Positions 10,237 through 20,547 are shown, counted from the stretch's first letter. The stretch is DNA of 64,000 bases from Vicinamibacteria bacterium (GCA_963668695.2 CAXXLQ010000004.1:576001-640000), one strand, 5' to 3'. The notes: generated by a model from the sequence alone, not told the origin. Numbers and translations are program-made.

Positions 10237-11400
10237 ATGCGAGGCGCCGCCACCGTCTTCCGGAAGGAGCTCGTCGACGGGATCCGCGACCGGCGGGCCT
10301 TCATTGCGGTCCTGGTTTCGATCAGCATCTTCCCGATCATGATGCTGTTGATCGGCCGCTTCGGCGAGGGAATCCGCGACGAGGTGCGGAACATGGAAGT
10401 GCCGGTGGAAGGCCGGGAAAACGCTCCCGCGCTCGTCGAATGGCTCGAACGGCAGCCGGGTCTCGAACTGACCCCGGCCCCCGAGGACCCGGAGTCCGCG
10501 GTGCAGGAACACGAGGTGGATCTGGTGCTTCGGATCCCGGCGGACTACGAGGAGCGGTTCGCAGAGGGACGGCCGGCAGAAGTGGAACTGGTCGCCGACA
10601 GTTCGCGGGCGGCGGCAGGGGCGAAGGCGCGCCGCGTCACGGGGCTGCTCGAGGGTTACGCGAACGAGGTCGCCGCCCTGCGCCTCATCAGCCGGGGGGT
10701 GAGCCCGCTGCTCATCCGCCCGCTTGCCGTCGAGCGCGCGGAGGTCTTCAGTTCCCGGCGGCGGACGGCCTTTTCCACTCTCGGCTTCATCCCGATGTTC
10801 CTCCTGATGAACGCCTTCTTCGGCGGCATGCAGATCGCCTCGGACGCCATTGCCGGCGAACGCGAGCGGGGGTCGATCGAGGCGCTGCTGCTGAACGCGG
10901 TTCCGGGGCGCCTTCTCATTCTCGGGAAGTGGGCGGCGGCGGCGACCTTCGCCGTCTTCCTGACGCTCCTCGGCCTCGGCACCTGCGTGGTGGTGCTGCG
11001 GTTCATGCCGGGCGCGCTGAACATCTCGCCGAGCGCCGGTGACTGGGCGCTCGTGGGGCTTGCCGCCCTCCCGCTTGCGCTCTTCTGCTCGGCGCTGCAG
11101 GTGGTGGTCTCGACCTACGCGAAGTCCTACAAGGAGGCGCAGACCTATTTCGGCTACGTGGCCTTCCTCCCGATGATCCCCTTCTTCGCGGTCACCTTCA
11201 ATTTGGTGGAGCAGGGGACCTGGACGGCCTTCATCCCGATTCTCGGCCAGCATCTGATGATCCTGAACGTGATCGCCGGCGAAACGATCGCGACCTGGGA
11301 ACTGGCGCTGGCCGGATTCATCGCCCTCGCCGCCGCCTGGGCGCTCCTGCGGTTCGCCTCATCCCTCTTCGTCCGCGAGAGCGTCGTCTTCGTCCGCTGA
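10237..11400 (+). CDS. ABC transporter permease (NatB-like)
   Basis: VFRKELVDGIRDRR, AGERERGSIEALL, AKSYKEAQ; multiple TM segments. Confidence 0.9.
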   Translation: MRGAATVFRKELVDGIRDRRAFIAVLVSISIFPIMMLLIGRFGEGIRDEVRNMEVPVEGRENAPALVEWLERQPGLELTPAPEDPESAVQEHEVDLVLRIPADYEERFAEGRPAEVELVADSSRAAAGAKARRVTGLLEGYANEVAALRLISRGVSPLLIRPLAVERAEVFSSRRRTAFSTLGFIPMFLLMNAFFGGMQIASDAIAGERERGSIEALLLNAVPGRLLILGKWAAAATFAVFLTLLGLGTCVVVLRFMPGALNISPSAGDWALVGLAALPLALFCSALQVVVSTYAKSYKEAQTYFGYVAFLPMIPFFAVTFNLVEQGTWTAFIPILGQHLMILNVIAGETIATWELALAGFIALAAAWALLRFASSLFVRESVVFVR

Positions 11401-12041
11401 GCGGACGGCCATCACGGCCTGGATCCGGCGTCCTTCCAGCCGGTACTTCCGTTCGAAGTTGGACCCGCGAGTTCCCCCTCGCGCGCGGACGCCGGCGGCT
11501 CGTAGGGACAGGCGTCGAGCTTCTTCCGGGACGCCAGCGCCCGCTCGATCTCGGCGAAGTACTCCGGGGCATCCGTGACCACTCGCAGCGAAGCTCCGGG
11601 CGCCAGCACCCGTTCGCAGGCGGCGAGGAAGTCCGGCTGAATCAGCAGGCGGCGATGCGCGTGCCGCCGTTTCGGCCAGGGATCGGGGAAATACGCGTGC
11701 AGGCCGGCAACCGAACCTGCAGGCAGCGCTTCCAGGGTCTCGCGAGCATCCCCCCGGACGATCCGGGCGTTCGGCCGTTCCCGCCGGCAGAGCCGGTCCG
11801 CGGCGTACAACCAGTAGCGGCGGGCCCGTTCCACCCCGACAAAGAGGACATCCGCACGGATCTCGGACTCGGCGACCAGGAAGGAACCCTTGCCCGAGCC
11901 GATCTCCACCTCGAGCGGAGCGTCTCGCCGGCTTGCTTCAAACAGCCGGCGTGGGTCTCCCGGCCGCTCCAGCTCTTCCAGAATGAACCCGTAACCGGCC
12001 GGATCGGCGTCCCGGCGGGTGCGGACGTGGCTACGGCCCAT
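11359..12041 (-). CDS. trmB: tRNA (guanine-N7)-methyltransferase, 1-bp frameshift near 11463
   Basis: EIGSGKG, YFPDPWPKRRH; conserved SNFERKY..EGR continues in another frame to TGA at 11359. Confidence 0.85.
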
Positions 12042-12045
12042 CTAG

Positions 12046-12478
12046 CAACCTGTGGTGGAACCCGGGTGAGCGCCGAGGCTGGCCAGTCTCCCGGTGGGGG
12101 CGAGGCGCCCGGCTGACAAGGCGCGTGAGGGAGGAGCCCCCACCGGGAGAACTGGCCCGGGTGTATTTCGACCGAAACGCAACGCAGAACGGAGCGAAGC
12201 GGAGTGGTCAACAGCCGGTGGTGGAACCCGCGTGAGCGCCGAGGTCAGTGAGGCGCCCGGCTGACAAGGCGCGTGAGGGAGGAATACCTGGTGTATTTCG
12301 ACCGAAACGCAACGATGAGCGGCGCGCAGCGACGCGGTCAGCCGGGATGAATCGCCGGCCGAGCCCCCACCGGGAGAACTGGGCCGCGTGGGTTTCATCA
12401 CCGGCTGTTTGGCCGGGATGGATCGCCGGCCGAGCCCCCACCGGGAGAACTGGGCCGCCTGGGTTTCACCACAGGCTG
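12046..12478 (-). mobile_element. MITE family 1 double nest: outer 12046-12478, inner 12212-12407
   Basis: Two left-hand ends followed by two right-hand ends; outer copy resumes GCCGGGATGGATCG exactly after the inner copy. Confidence 0.85.
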
Positions 12479-12482
12479 CTAA

Positions 12483-12673
12483 CCCGAGGGGAGAGCACCC
12501 CGCACGCTTCCGCGGACAACACACGTGCCAAATCTGGCGGTTTGTGCGCGTGCGGGGCGCTTTCCCCTCGGGGTGATGGCGCGAATCGCTCCGCGATCCG
12601 CGCCATCGTCTTTCGCGGGGAGGGGAAACCCCTCCCCGCACCCCTCCCGCGCGGCGCTCGGCGCCGCGGACTG
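12483..12673 (-). mobile_element. Repeat/MITE family 3, copy 1
   Basis: Similar to 25963-26152 and 61203-63079; hairpins GGCGCGAATCGC..GCGATCCGCGCC and GGGGAGGGG-AAA-CCCCTCCCC. Confidence 0.7.
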
Positions 12674-12701
12674 CTGCCGCCAAACCTCCGCCACCAACTG
12701 C

Positions 12702-13499
12702 TTAACGGGCGTTCCCGCTCCGGCGTTGGCTGAAGAGCCAGTCGTAGAGGCCCTCCTCGCGATAGGCCGGGATCCAGGAGTTGTGCGCGACGCCGGGATA
12801 CTCGGTGTAACGAGGTTGCGCTCCCGCCGCTTCGAGCGCGGCGACCATGCGCCGGGACTCTTCGGTGGGTACCCGCCGATCCTCTCCGCCGTGGAAGGCC
12901 CACACCGGAATGTCTCGAACCACCCGCGCCGTTTCGGTCCAGGGGTCTTCCGGATGAGTAGCGGATGGATGCCAGTCGGGCACGGGCATCCGGGTCCGCG
13001 AGGTGGTTACGCCGCCGCAGACCGGAACCAGGGCCGCGAAGCGCTCCGGGTAGCGAAAGGCGAGAGCCCACGTCCCGTAGCCGCCCAGCGAGAGTCCGGT
13101 GAGGTAGGTCCGCTCGGGATCGCCGCCGAACTCGGCAACCGCCGCATCGAGCGAGGCGAGCGCCATCCGTTCGATCTCGGGAGTCCCCCACCAGGCGCCT
13201 CGCGGCGACTGGGGCATCACCACCAGCGCGGGGAAATCGGACCGCTCCCGAAGAACGGCGGGCAGTCCGATCTCGGTCTGCCGCACGCCGTCGGAGCCCA
13301 CCTGCCCGCCGCCGTGGAGGAAGAGGATGACCGGGGGATTCGTTTCGGCGCCGGACAGCACGGCGGCGGGTACGAAGACCTGCCACCCGTACGTTCGGCC
13401 GTCCAATTCCGTGGTCCGGGCCAGAACCTGCCCGTCCTCCGCGGAAGCCGCGGGGGCCGGCAACAGGCTCAGAGCAAGACCGAGCAGGACGAAGCGCAT
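12702..13499 (-). CDS. Secreted predicted peptidase/esterase (alpha/beta hydrolase)
   Basis: Signal peptide MRFVLLGLALSLL; FLHGGG, GLSLGG, FHGGED, HNSW. Confidence 0.85.
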   Translation of the reverse strand: MRFVLLGLALSLLPAPAASAEDGQVLARTTELDGRTYGWQVFVPAAVLSGAETNPPVILFLHGGGQVGSDGVRQTEIGLPAVLRERSDFPALVVMPQSPRGAWWGTPEIERMALASLDAAVAEFGGDPERTYLTGLSLGGYGTWALAFRYPERFAALVPVCGGVTTSRTRMPVPDWHPSATHPEDPWTETARVVRDIPVWAFHGGEDRRVPTEESRRMVAALEAAGAQPRYTEYPGVAHNSWIPAYREEGLYDWLFSQRRSGNAR

Positions 13500-13601
13500 G
13501 GCGGCGGATGCTACTTCGGACGCGGCGCGGGGTCGCCCGGGCGGTCGCATTCGACCAGGAGTGGAGGCATTCATCCAGGAGAGCCAAACCGCGCTCCGTC
13601 C

Positions 13602-13628
13602 GTGGTATATACCGTGATATATTCCATG
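13602..13628. promoter_or_regulatory. Probable VapB operator
   Basis: Palindrome GGTATATACC (13604-13613) and imperfect copy GATATATTCC upstream of vapB. Confidence 0.55.
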
Positions 13629-13656
13629 GTCCGGGAGAGCTTCCCGGGAGGGTTCC

Positions 13657-13908
13657 ATGCCGGAGGAAGTTGCCTATCGAGGCGTCGCCAAGATCTTTTG
13701 GAACGGCCGCAGCCAGGCGGTGCGGCTGCCGGCACCGTGTCGTTTTGACGCGCTTGAGGTGGAAGTCGTGAAGCGCGGGCGGGAAGTCATTCTGCGCCCC
13801 CGCGGCAAGGACTGGGACGCCTTTTTCGACTCGATCACACCCGGATCGTGGCCCGCGCGCGAACAGCCGCCACTCGACGACGTACCCGACTTTGACGTTC
13901 TTCCTTGA
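13657..13908 (+). CDS. vapB: AbrB/MazE-type antitoxin
   Basis: AKIFWNGRSQAVRLP motif. Confidence 0.9.
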   Translation: MPEEVAYRGVAKIFWNGRSQAVRLPAPCRFDALEVEVVKRGREVILRPRGKDWDAFFDSITPGSWPAREQPPLDDVPDFDVLP

Positions 13909-14293
13909 CACCGACATCTGCGTTCATCTCCTCAGGGGCGACGAAGCACCGCGGGAGCACTTCCGACGACATGCGCCGGAGACTCGCTTGTCGGCCATCG
14001 CGTATGCCGAACTCCGCTTCGGCCTTGCACGTTCGACCCGGCGCTCCGAGAACCAAGAGCGGCTGGAAGCGCTTTGCCGCGGACTGGACATCGTGCCCTT
14101 CGACGAGGACGCGGCGGTCCACTACGGCGAGATCCGGCGGGAACTCAGCCGGCGGGGCGAGTTGATCGGCGCGAACGACCTCCTGATCGCGGCGCACGCC
14201 CGAAGTCGCGGCGCCACGCTGGTGACGAACAACGAACGCGAGTTCCGGCGGGTGCCGGACCTGCGGATCGAGAACTGGCTGCGGCCCGAATGA
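13892..14293 (+). CDS. vapC: PIN-domain toxin
   Basis: LDTDIC, AEL.FG, IGANDLLIAAHA, LVTNNEREF. Confidence 0.9.
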   Translation: MTFFLDTDICVHLLRGDEAPREHFRRHAPETRLSAIAYAELRFGLARSTRRSENQERLEALCRGLDIVPFDEDAAVHYGEIRRELSRRGELIGANDLLIAAHARSRGATLVTNNEREFRRVPDLRIENWLRPE

Positions 14294-14336
14294 TGCGGCC
14301 CGATCTCCCCAGATTCATGACGAGAGGAGTTTCCCC

Positions 14337-14837
14337 ATGAACATCGCCGAAGGCTTCGCCGCGGAATTCCAGGTGGAGGCCGCCGCCACGCGCACGTTCC
14401 TCGAGCGCTTCGAGGACGAGCACGCCGACTGGCAACCCCACGACAAGTCGATGACCCTCTCGCGGCTGGCGACGCACGTCGTGGAATGCCCCGGCTGGGT
14501 CTTCAGCATCCTGGACGGCGACCACTTCGATTTCGGCACGACCGACTACCAGTCGCCGCATTGGAAGACCCGCGACGAACTGCTCGCCAACCACGAGCGG
14601 ATAGGAGCCGGATTCCTGGAGCGTCTTGAGGGGCGGGACGACGAGTTCATGCGCGCTCCCTGGCGCCTGCTCAACAACGGTCACGTGCTCCAGGAGACGG
14701 TCCGGGACCGAGCGGTGCGGGGGTTCATCCTGAGCCACCTGATCCACCACCGCGGCCAGCTCAGCGTGTACTACCGGCTGCTCGGGATCGCGGTGCCGGG
14801 GCCCTACGGCCCCTCGGCGGACGACCACAACGGCTAG
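14337..14837 (+). CDS. DinB family protein
   Basis: WQPHDKSMTL..H, HLIHHRGQLSVY, GPSAD. Confidence 0.85.
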   Translation: MNIAEGFAAEFQVEAAATRTFLERFEDEHADWQPHDKSMTLSRLATHVVECPGWVFSILDGDHFDFGTTDYQSPHWKTRDELLANHERIGAGFLERLEGRDDEFMRAPWRLLNNGHVLQETVRDRAVRGFILSHLIHHRGQLSVYYRLLGIAVPGPYGPSADDHNG

Positions 14838-14961
14838 CCGTCCGAAACCCAAAACCCACCACGGGAGCCCGTCTCGACCCGCGAACTGACCCTCGCGCCA
14901 CCGTCCCGCCGGGGGCGCGCGCCGAACGTTCCACCCACTCGGTTGGTGGCGAACCGGACCC

Positions 14962-16215
14962 GTGCGCGCTGACCGGACCGCGCTCGTGCTGGGTGCGGGC
15001 GCCATCGGTCTGTCCTGCGCCTACTTCCTCCGGCGCGCGGGATGGGATGTCACGCTCGTTGACCAGGGCCAGCCCGGCCACGGAGCGACCTGGGGCACCG
15101 CCGGGCTGCTCTGCCCTGCGCATTCGCAGCCGCTCCCCGGCCCGGGGGTGCTGGCGAAGGCCCTTCGCTGGATGCTCCGGGACGACAGCCCCTTCCACGT
15201 CCGCTTCCGCCTGGATCCGGCCCTCCCCGGATGGCTTCTCGGCTTCGCCCGGGCGTGCACCCGCGCCCGGTCCCGCGAGGGATTCCGGGCCATCTGCGCG
15301 CTGTCCGCGCTGAGCCTCGCTCTTTACGAAGAGGTCCTCGAACGGGGCGATGCCGACTTCTTTTTCGAGCGGCGCGGCGGCTACTGGGCTTTTTTGACCG
15401 AGGCGGGGGTAGCGCACGCCCGGGCGGAAGCCGGCGAGCTGCGGCGAAACGGTTTCCCGGTCGATTTCCTGGTCGGCGACGGCGCCCGCGAGCGGGAACC
15501 GGCGCTTTCCGCCTCGGTCCGGGCCGCGGTCTTCCTCCACGGGGATGCGCACGGATCGAGCCTCGGCTTCGCGGAGTCGCTCGCCGCCACCCTGAAGCGG
15601 CAGGGGGTCCGGGTGCAAACCGGCGTCCGGGCGCTGCGGCTGCTCCGTGACGGCGACCGGATCTACGGCGCGGAGGTGCTGGCGGGCGACGGCGCGCGCG
15701 CAGAGCGCATCGCCGGCGAGACGGTTCTGGCGCTCGGCGCCTTCTCCCCCGCCCTGGCCCGCACCGCCGGTGTCCGGCTTCCGATCCAGGCGGCGAAGGG
15801 TTACAGCGCGACGGTTCGGACGTTCGCGGGAGTGCCGGCGATCCCGGTCACGGTGGCGGAACGGAAGGTCATCATCACACCGCTCCAGGACCAGGTGCGT
15901 TTCGCGGGGACACTGGAACTCGCGGGGTTTGACGCGAGCCTCAACCAGCGGCGCTACCAAGCGGTGATCGCGGGCGGCCAGGCCGGGCTTCGGGCGCCCA
16001 TCCCGCTAGAGGACGAAGTCGCCTGGTCCGGCTTCCGGCCCCTGACCCCGAGCAGCATCCCGTTCATCGGGCGGCCCCGCAGGCGGGACGGCCTGCTGGT
16101 CGCCGCCGGCCACGGGATGCTCGGTTTCACCCAGGCGCTCGGCACCGGCCGGCTGGTTCAACAACTCGCCGACGGCGAGCCGCCAAGCGTCGACCCGGCC
16201 CCCTACTCCCCGTAG
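14962..16215 (+). CDS. FAD-dependent D-amino acid dehydrogenase/oxidase (DadA-like)
   Basis: GAGAIG FAD motif, AKGYS, WSGFRP, GHGMLG. Confidence 0.85.
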   Translation: MRADRTALVLGAGAIGLSCAYFLRRAGWDVTLVDQGQPGHGATWGTAGLLCPAHSQPLPGPGVLAKALRWMLRDDSPFHVRFRLDPALPGWLLGFARACTRARSREGFRAICALSALSLALYEEVLERGDADFFFERRGGYWAFLTEAGVAHARAEAGELRRNGFPVDFLVGDGAREREPALSASVRAAVFLHGDAHGSSLGFAESLAATLKRQGVRVQTGVRALRLLRDGDRIYGAEVLAGDGARAERIAGETVLALGAFSPALARTAGVRLPIQAAKGYSATVRTFAGVPAIPVTVAERKVIITPLQDQVRFAGTLELAGFDASLNQRRYQAVIAGGQAGLRAPIPLEDEVAWSGFRPLTPSSIPFIGRPRRRDGLLVAAGHGMLGFTQALGTGRLVQQLADGEPPSVDPAPYSP

Positions 16216-16229
16216 GGCGTCGGCAACGA

Positions 16230-16255
16230 GGGACCGCCGGCCTCCAGGCCGGCAT
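16230..16255. repeat. REP-like palindrome family GG(A)ACGCCGG-N4-6-CCGGCAT (representative copy)
   Basis: Related copies near 108-151, 22670, 29230, 39075, 39195, 49720, 49807, 55390, 55512, 59678; all intergenic. Confidence 0.7.
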
Positions 16256-16315
16256 CGCCCGCCCGACAGGGCGACGAAACCCGCGACGCCAATCTATCCG
16301 GACGGCGGATCGGCG

Positions 16316-17473
16316 TCAGCCCACGCCGCCAGGCGACCTCCCGGCGCGGTGCAGGATGTAATCCGCGAAGCTCGGAATGCCCATCTCCCAGACCGCAGAG
16401 GAGGTCTCCCACACGATGCCCAGGTCACGGAGGGTCGTGAGCAGCGATCCCCTGTCGAGGAGGACCGATTCCCGCTGCGCCACCAGCAACAACAACTTGC
16501 TGAGGTCGCGGTCATCAACCCGCCCTCCCTGGGTGGCGGCGAGACGGGCGAGCGGTGCCAAGACTTCTTCGACTTCGCGCTCCCGCGCCTCATCGAACCG
16601 TTCGGCGTAAAACCCTTCGATGACGACACGGGCCGTATCCACCGCCTCCTCAGCGCACTTTCCGGTGACGGTCGGTTCGCCGTCTCGGACAGCCGTATCC
16701 CAGGCGGCGCTGCCCAGAAGCTGGACGAAGTAGGGGTAATCCTGCGATGCCCGCCCGAGGCGCGCGCGAGCATCGTCGTCCATCGGTCGTCCGGCAGCCT
16801 CGGCCGGCTTCGTCAAGGCCGCAGTCGTCGCTGCGGGATCCAGCCGCCCGATCGGCAGCTTCTCGAAAGCCCGCTCCGCGAATGTCCCCGCGCGCCGGAT
16901 CTTCCTCGGCGCGTCGGGAGTTCCGGCTGCGATGACCATATACGGCAGCGCGTCACTCCCGGCGTTCTGGACGGCTTCGAAAAAAGCGCGGCCCGCCCCT
17001 GGATCCATCGTCTGGGCCTCGTCCAGCAGTACTACCAGCGGCTCCGACACCGCCTGCACCCAGGCAGAAAACAGGCGGGACACATTTCTCGTAGGGGCGC
17101 CGGGCTGGGTCGTAGCTCCGATGGGTCCGAGCTGGACGCCGCTCAGACGGTCCTCGGTGAGGCCGGCGCGTTCCTGGAGTTCCTGGACCAGCACCTCCCG
17201 TGCCCGGACCGCGTCGGCAGGCAGCCGTTCCGCCCGCATGCCGAGTGCGCGAGCCCGATCCGCGATGCGCTCCAGCAGGACCGTCTTGCCGTTGCCCCGC
17301 GGACCGTAGAACAGGATGCCCTGAGCCGGAGGGACGCCGCCGGCGAGTTCGTCGAGCCGCCGTTCGGCAAGGGCGAGTTCTTTGTCCCTTCCCGCCAGCA
17401 ACGGAGGCATCTGGCCCGCCCCCGGCCGAAACGGGTTCCCGTTGCCTCCGGCCCTGACCCCGGCCCTGACCAT
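16316..17473 (-). CDS. Orphan AAA ATPase (AAA_16-like)
   Basis: NPFRPGAG..LAGR, GPRGNGKT, LLDEAQ, YPYFVQ. Confidence 0.8.
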   Translation of the reverse strand: MVRAGVRAGGNGNPFRPGAGQMPPLLAGRDKELALAERRLDELAGGVPPAQGILFYGPRGNGKTVLLERIADRARALGMRAERLPADAVRAREVLVQELQERAGLTEDRLSGVQLGPIGATTQPGAPTRNVSRLFSAWVQAVSEPLVVLLDEAQTMDPGAGRAFFEAVQNAGSDALPYMVIAAGTPDAPRKIRRAGTFAERAFEKLPIGRLDPAATTAALTKPAEAAGRPMDDDARARLGRASQDYPYFVQLLGSAAWDTAVRDGEPTVTGKCAEEAVDTARVVIEGFYAERFDEAREREVEEVLAPLARLAATQGGRVDDRDLSKLLLLVAQRESVLLDRGSLLTTLRDLGIVWETSSAVWEMGIPSFADYILHRAGRSPGGVG

Positions 17474-17520
17474 GGTCGGAGCCTACCGCAGCAGTCACGG
17501 GCCCGCGGTTCCCGCCGGGA

Positions 17521-17855
17521 CTACGCCGGGCTTCGGGACAGACGCCCCAGCGCCGGCACGGTAACCGCCCCGTAGACGGCTCCGAACAGGGCTCCGAACA
17601 GGGCCCCGAACAACGGACTTCCCCCTCGAACCCGATGGCCCCGCCCACCGCGGTGGTCACGACGGCGGCCAGCAGGAACCCGCCGAGGCTCGCGATCGCC
17701 AGCCTACCGGCCATCGGCGCGCGGAGGCGCAGCACCAGCCAGTGTGCAGCGAGAAACGCTCCGACCCCGACGACAAACGCCGCGGCCACCCCCAGCGCTT
17801 CCTGTCCGGCAAGGGACAGAGCCTTGAACGCCACGAAACCCGCGGCCGCAGTCAC
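17521..17855 (-). pseudogene. 5'-truncated, frameshifted paralog of membrane protein 23788-24342
   Basis: AHWLVLR..GGF..GFEG then 1-bp shift to SPLFGALFGALFGAVYG; N-terminus missing at the MITE junction. Confidence 0.7.
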
Positions 17856-17859
17856 CTAA

Positions 17860-17995
17860 CAGCCTGTGGTGGAACCCGGGTGAGCGCCGAGAGCGGCCAG
17901 TTCTCCCGGTGGGGGCGAGGCGCCCGGCTGACAAGGCGCGTGAGGGAGGAGCCCCCACCGGGAGAACTGGGCCGCGTGGGTTTCACCACAGGCTG
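17860..17995 (-). mobile_element. MITE family 1, internally deleted copy E (136 bp)
   Basis: Both TIRs intact; the core between two same-orientation 18-mers is absent. Confidence 0.85.
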
Positions 17996-18222
17996 TTAAG
18001 AGCGCCTGGAGCGCCGGCTTCGGCCGGCAACCGAACCGTCCGCGGAGCGACGGTGGAACTCGCGGACGCAATGACGCTCGGTGGCACGACGGCTTTGTCT
18101 ACCCGAGGTTGGAGCGCCGCATCCACCGGGTGCGGAGTCAATGACACTTGACATTCAGCGGTGCGTGGGGTAGGGTGTACGGAGTCAAGTGTCGTTTACG
18201 TTTTATCAAGGAGAGAAGACTC

Positions 18223-18648
18223 ATGGAACAGGCAAGAAGATCCTGGTTCTGGGGCCATTGCGGCACGGACCGAGATCGCATGAACCAGCGTCGGATGGTC
18301 ATCAGCGCGATGGCCTGGATGGGAGCGTGGCTCGCTCTGATCTACGTCATTGGCCGCGACTGGTTGTCGGCATTCGCGGCCACGGCGGCGTCGGTGGTGC
18401 CGCTGGCTCTGGGGGTGGGGATGATCGTCGCGTACCGGCGCTATCTGGGCGAGACCGACGAGTTGCGACGCAAGATCGAAGTCGATGCCCTCGCGTTGGC
18501 GTTCGGCGTCGGGCTGGTCGGAGCGTTCAGCTACGTGTTGCTGGAACGCGCCGGTGCGGTGGCGAAGGCCGATCCGATGCAACTCGTCATGCTCATGGTG
18601 GCCACCTACGTGATCGGCGTGGTGGTGGGGCATCGGCGGTACGGCTGA
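18223..18648 (+). CDS. Small multi-pass membrane protein
   Basis: RBS AAGGAG; hydrophobic segments; DELRRKI..ALA pattern; TGATG-coupled to an XRE regulator. Confidence 0.75.
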   Translation: MEQARRSWFWGHCGTDRDRMNQRRMVISAMAWMGAWLALIYVIGRDWLSAFAATAASVVPLALGVGMIVAYRRYLGETDELRRKIEVDALALAFGVGLVGAFSYVLLERAGAVAKADPMQLVMLMVATYVIGVVVGHRRYG

Positions 18649-18899
18649 TGAGGAACCGGCTCAAGGTGCTGCGCGCCGAACGCGACTGGACGCAGGCGCA
18701 ACTCGCCGGTGAGCTCGATGTCTCAAGGCAGACGGTGAATGCCATCGAGACCGGCAAGTTCGATCCGAGCTTGCCGCTGGCGTTCAAGATCGCCCGGCTG
18801 TTCACGATGTCGATCGAGCAGGTCTTCGAACCTGAGGCGGCGCAACCGGCCACGGCAACTGGCAAGACCCCAAAGGCGGCGCGCAAGTCCATCCCCTGA
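18648..18899 (+). CDS. XRE/Cro-family HTH regulator
   Basis: MRNRLKVLRAERDWTQAQLA..VSRQTVNAIETGKFDPSL. Confidence 0.9.
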   Translation: MRNRLKVLRAERDWTQAQLAGELDVSRQTVNAIETGKFDPSLPLAFKIARLFTMSIEQVFEPEAAQPATATGKTPKAARKSIP

Positions 18900-19072
18900 C
18901 CGCACGCTCATTTTCGCGATCGGTGCGGCGCGACCTATTCGAAGGCCTCTTCGTCGAATCGGCCGGGATTCCCGTCGCCCGCGTGCGTGAACACCGCGAC
19001 GCCGACCTTCTCCTCCGGGGCTCAACAGCGTCCGGGTCCTTCGGGAGTGGACGGTCGCCGCCTCAACCAGCC

Positions 19073-20215
19073 CTACAGTCTCCGTAGATAGGCCGACACG
19101 ACCGGATCCACCAACGTCCAGCGCCCGTCGTCCTCCTGTCGGATCAGGTCTTCCCGTTCCAACACCTCCCTGGCCTGGTTCCCGGTTGAGGTGGGAAGGC
19201 GAAGGGCGGACAGGAAGCGGTACGAACCGGGATGCTCCACCCCGCCGTCCATGTGCGCAATCGCCCGCAGGACGGCGCGCTGGCTGGGTGAGAGGCGGAT
19301 CACTCGGCCGGCGGCAATGCGTCCTTCCTCTTCGACAATCCGGGACCATTGCGCGTCTACCGACTCGGGCGTGGGGGGCCGCCGCGCCCCCCAAAGCCGG
19401 GCACAGAGCGCGTTGACGTAGTAAGGGTGCCGGGCAGTGAGCCTGAGGACCCTGCCAATCGCACCGTCGGTCGCGGCCCGCCGCCAGCGCGTTTCGCTGG
19501 CGCGCCGGATGAACGCTTGGTAGTCGGCCTCGCCGATGCGGTCGAGAGTCATCTTCCGGCAAAGGCGGTAGAGCGGTCGTTCCTCCTCCTCGAACATCGC
19601 CGCCAGCAGGTGTTTCTGGCTACCGGAGAACAGGTAGGTGACATTTGCGGATCGCTCCACGGCGTGCCGGATCGCGCCTTCCAGACTGCGTGGCGCCGTC
19701 CGCGGAGAAAGCTGGGCGAGTTGCTGGAACTCATCGAGCACCATCACCACCCGCCGCTGAACCGCCCCCGCCGCCCGATCGAGCCCGAGCAGCATCTCCA
19801 TGATCCCGCGTGCCGGGGGAGCCGGCGGCGAGAGCCTGAGCTTCAGACCCATCGCGCCAAAGGAGAACTCGGGCGCGAGCGCCCGAAAGGCATCGCCAAG
19901 CTTTTCGCTCGCTTTCCGGCCGTTTGGCGCCATCCGGGCACTGACCTCTTCAACAGCGGCCCGCAGTCGCCCTTCAAGATCCTCGGCGTCATGCGCAACG
20001 AGAAGGTCAACTGTCGCCGAAGCGATCGCCCCGCCGGCAAGATCCTGGAGCACCTGTTCGACAAGGCTGGTCTTGCCCATCCGGCGGCGGCCCCAGAGCC
20101 AGGTGTGCGCTCCGGCGCCGATGTTGTGCCTGAGTTCGGCGCGCTCCTCGGTGCGGTTGCAGTGGGCGTCCCCGGTGGCGATTCCAAGCGGGAAAAGGTT
20201 GGGGCCGGCGCGCAT
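19073..20215 (-). CDS. Orphan AAA ATPase (archaeal-type ATPase-like)
   Basis: HCNR..E, GRRRMGKTS, LDEFQ, FSGS.KH, HPYY. Confidence 0.8.
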   Translation of the reverse strand: MRAGPNLFPLGIATGDAHCNRTEERAELRHNIGAGAHTWLWGRRRMGKTSLVEQVLQDLAGGAIASATVDLLVAHDAEDLEGRLRAAVEEVSARMAPNGRKASEKLGDAFRALAPEFSFGAMGLKLRLSPPAPPARGIMEMLLGLDRAAGAVQRRVVMVLDEFQQLAQLSPRTAPRSLEGAIRHAVERSANVTYLFSGSQKHLLAAMFEEEERPLYRLCRKMTLDRIGEADYQAFIRRASETRWRRAATDGAIGRVLRLTARHPYYVNALCARLWGARRPPTPESVDAQWSRIVEEEGRIAAGRVIRLSPSQRAVLRAIAHMDGGVEHPGSYRFLSALRLPTSTGNQAREVLEREDLIRQEDDGRWTLVDPVVSAYLRRL

Positions 20216-20547
20216 AAACCTGATTCTACTCCAATACTTTATGGAACGTTCTATTCCGTTCCGTATATCTACGTTCCACTATTTGCGGGTGCCATCAGCG
20301 CGGCGCCCCACCCGGCGTCGGCGTTTTGCGTTCAGCCCGGTACGCGATCGACAGGGGCGTGTCGTGGACCGGACGTTTCCTGCGGCACTTCCTGTACGAG
20401 GGCGGGGACCACCGGCGAACAAACCGATGGGGAGATCGTCCCCGGCCCGACTGGCTACGATTGCCACCCCACGCCGCACGTCGATGAGACGCCGCATCCC
20501 GGGCGCTTCAGGATCATCGTGGCGGAAGTGCGACACGGAGGAACTTC

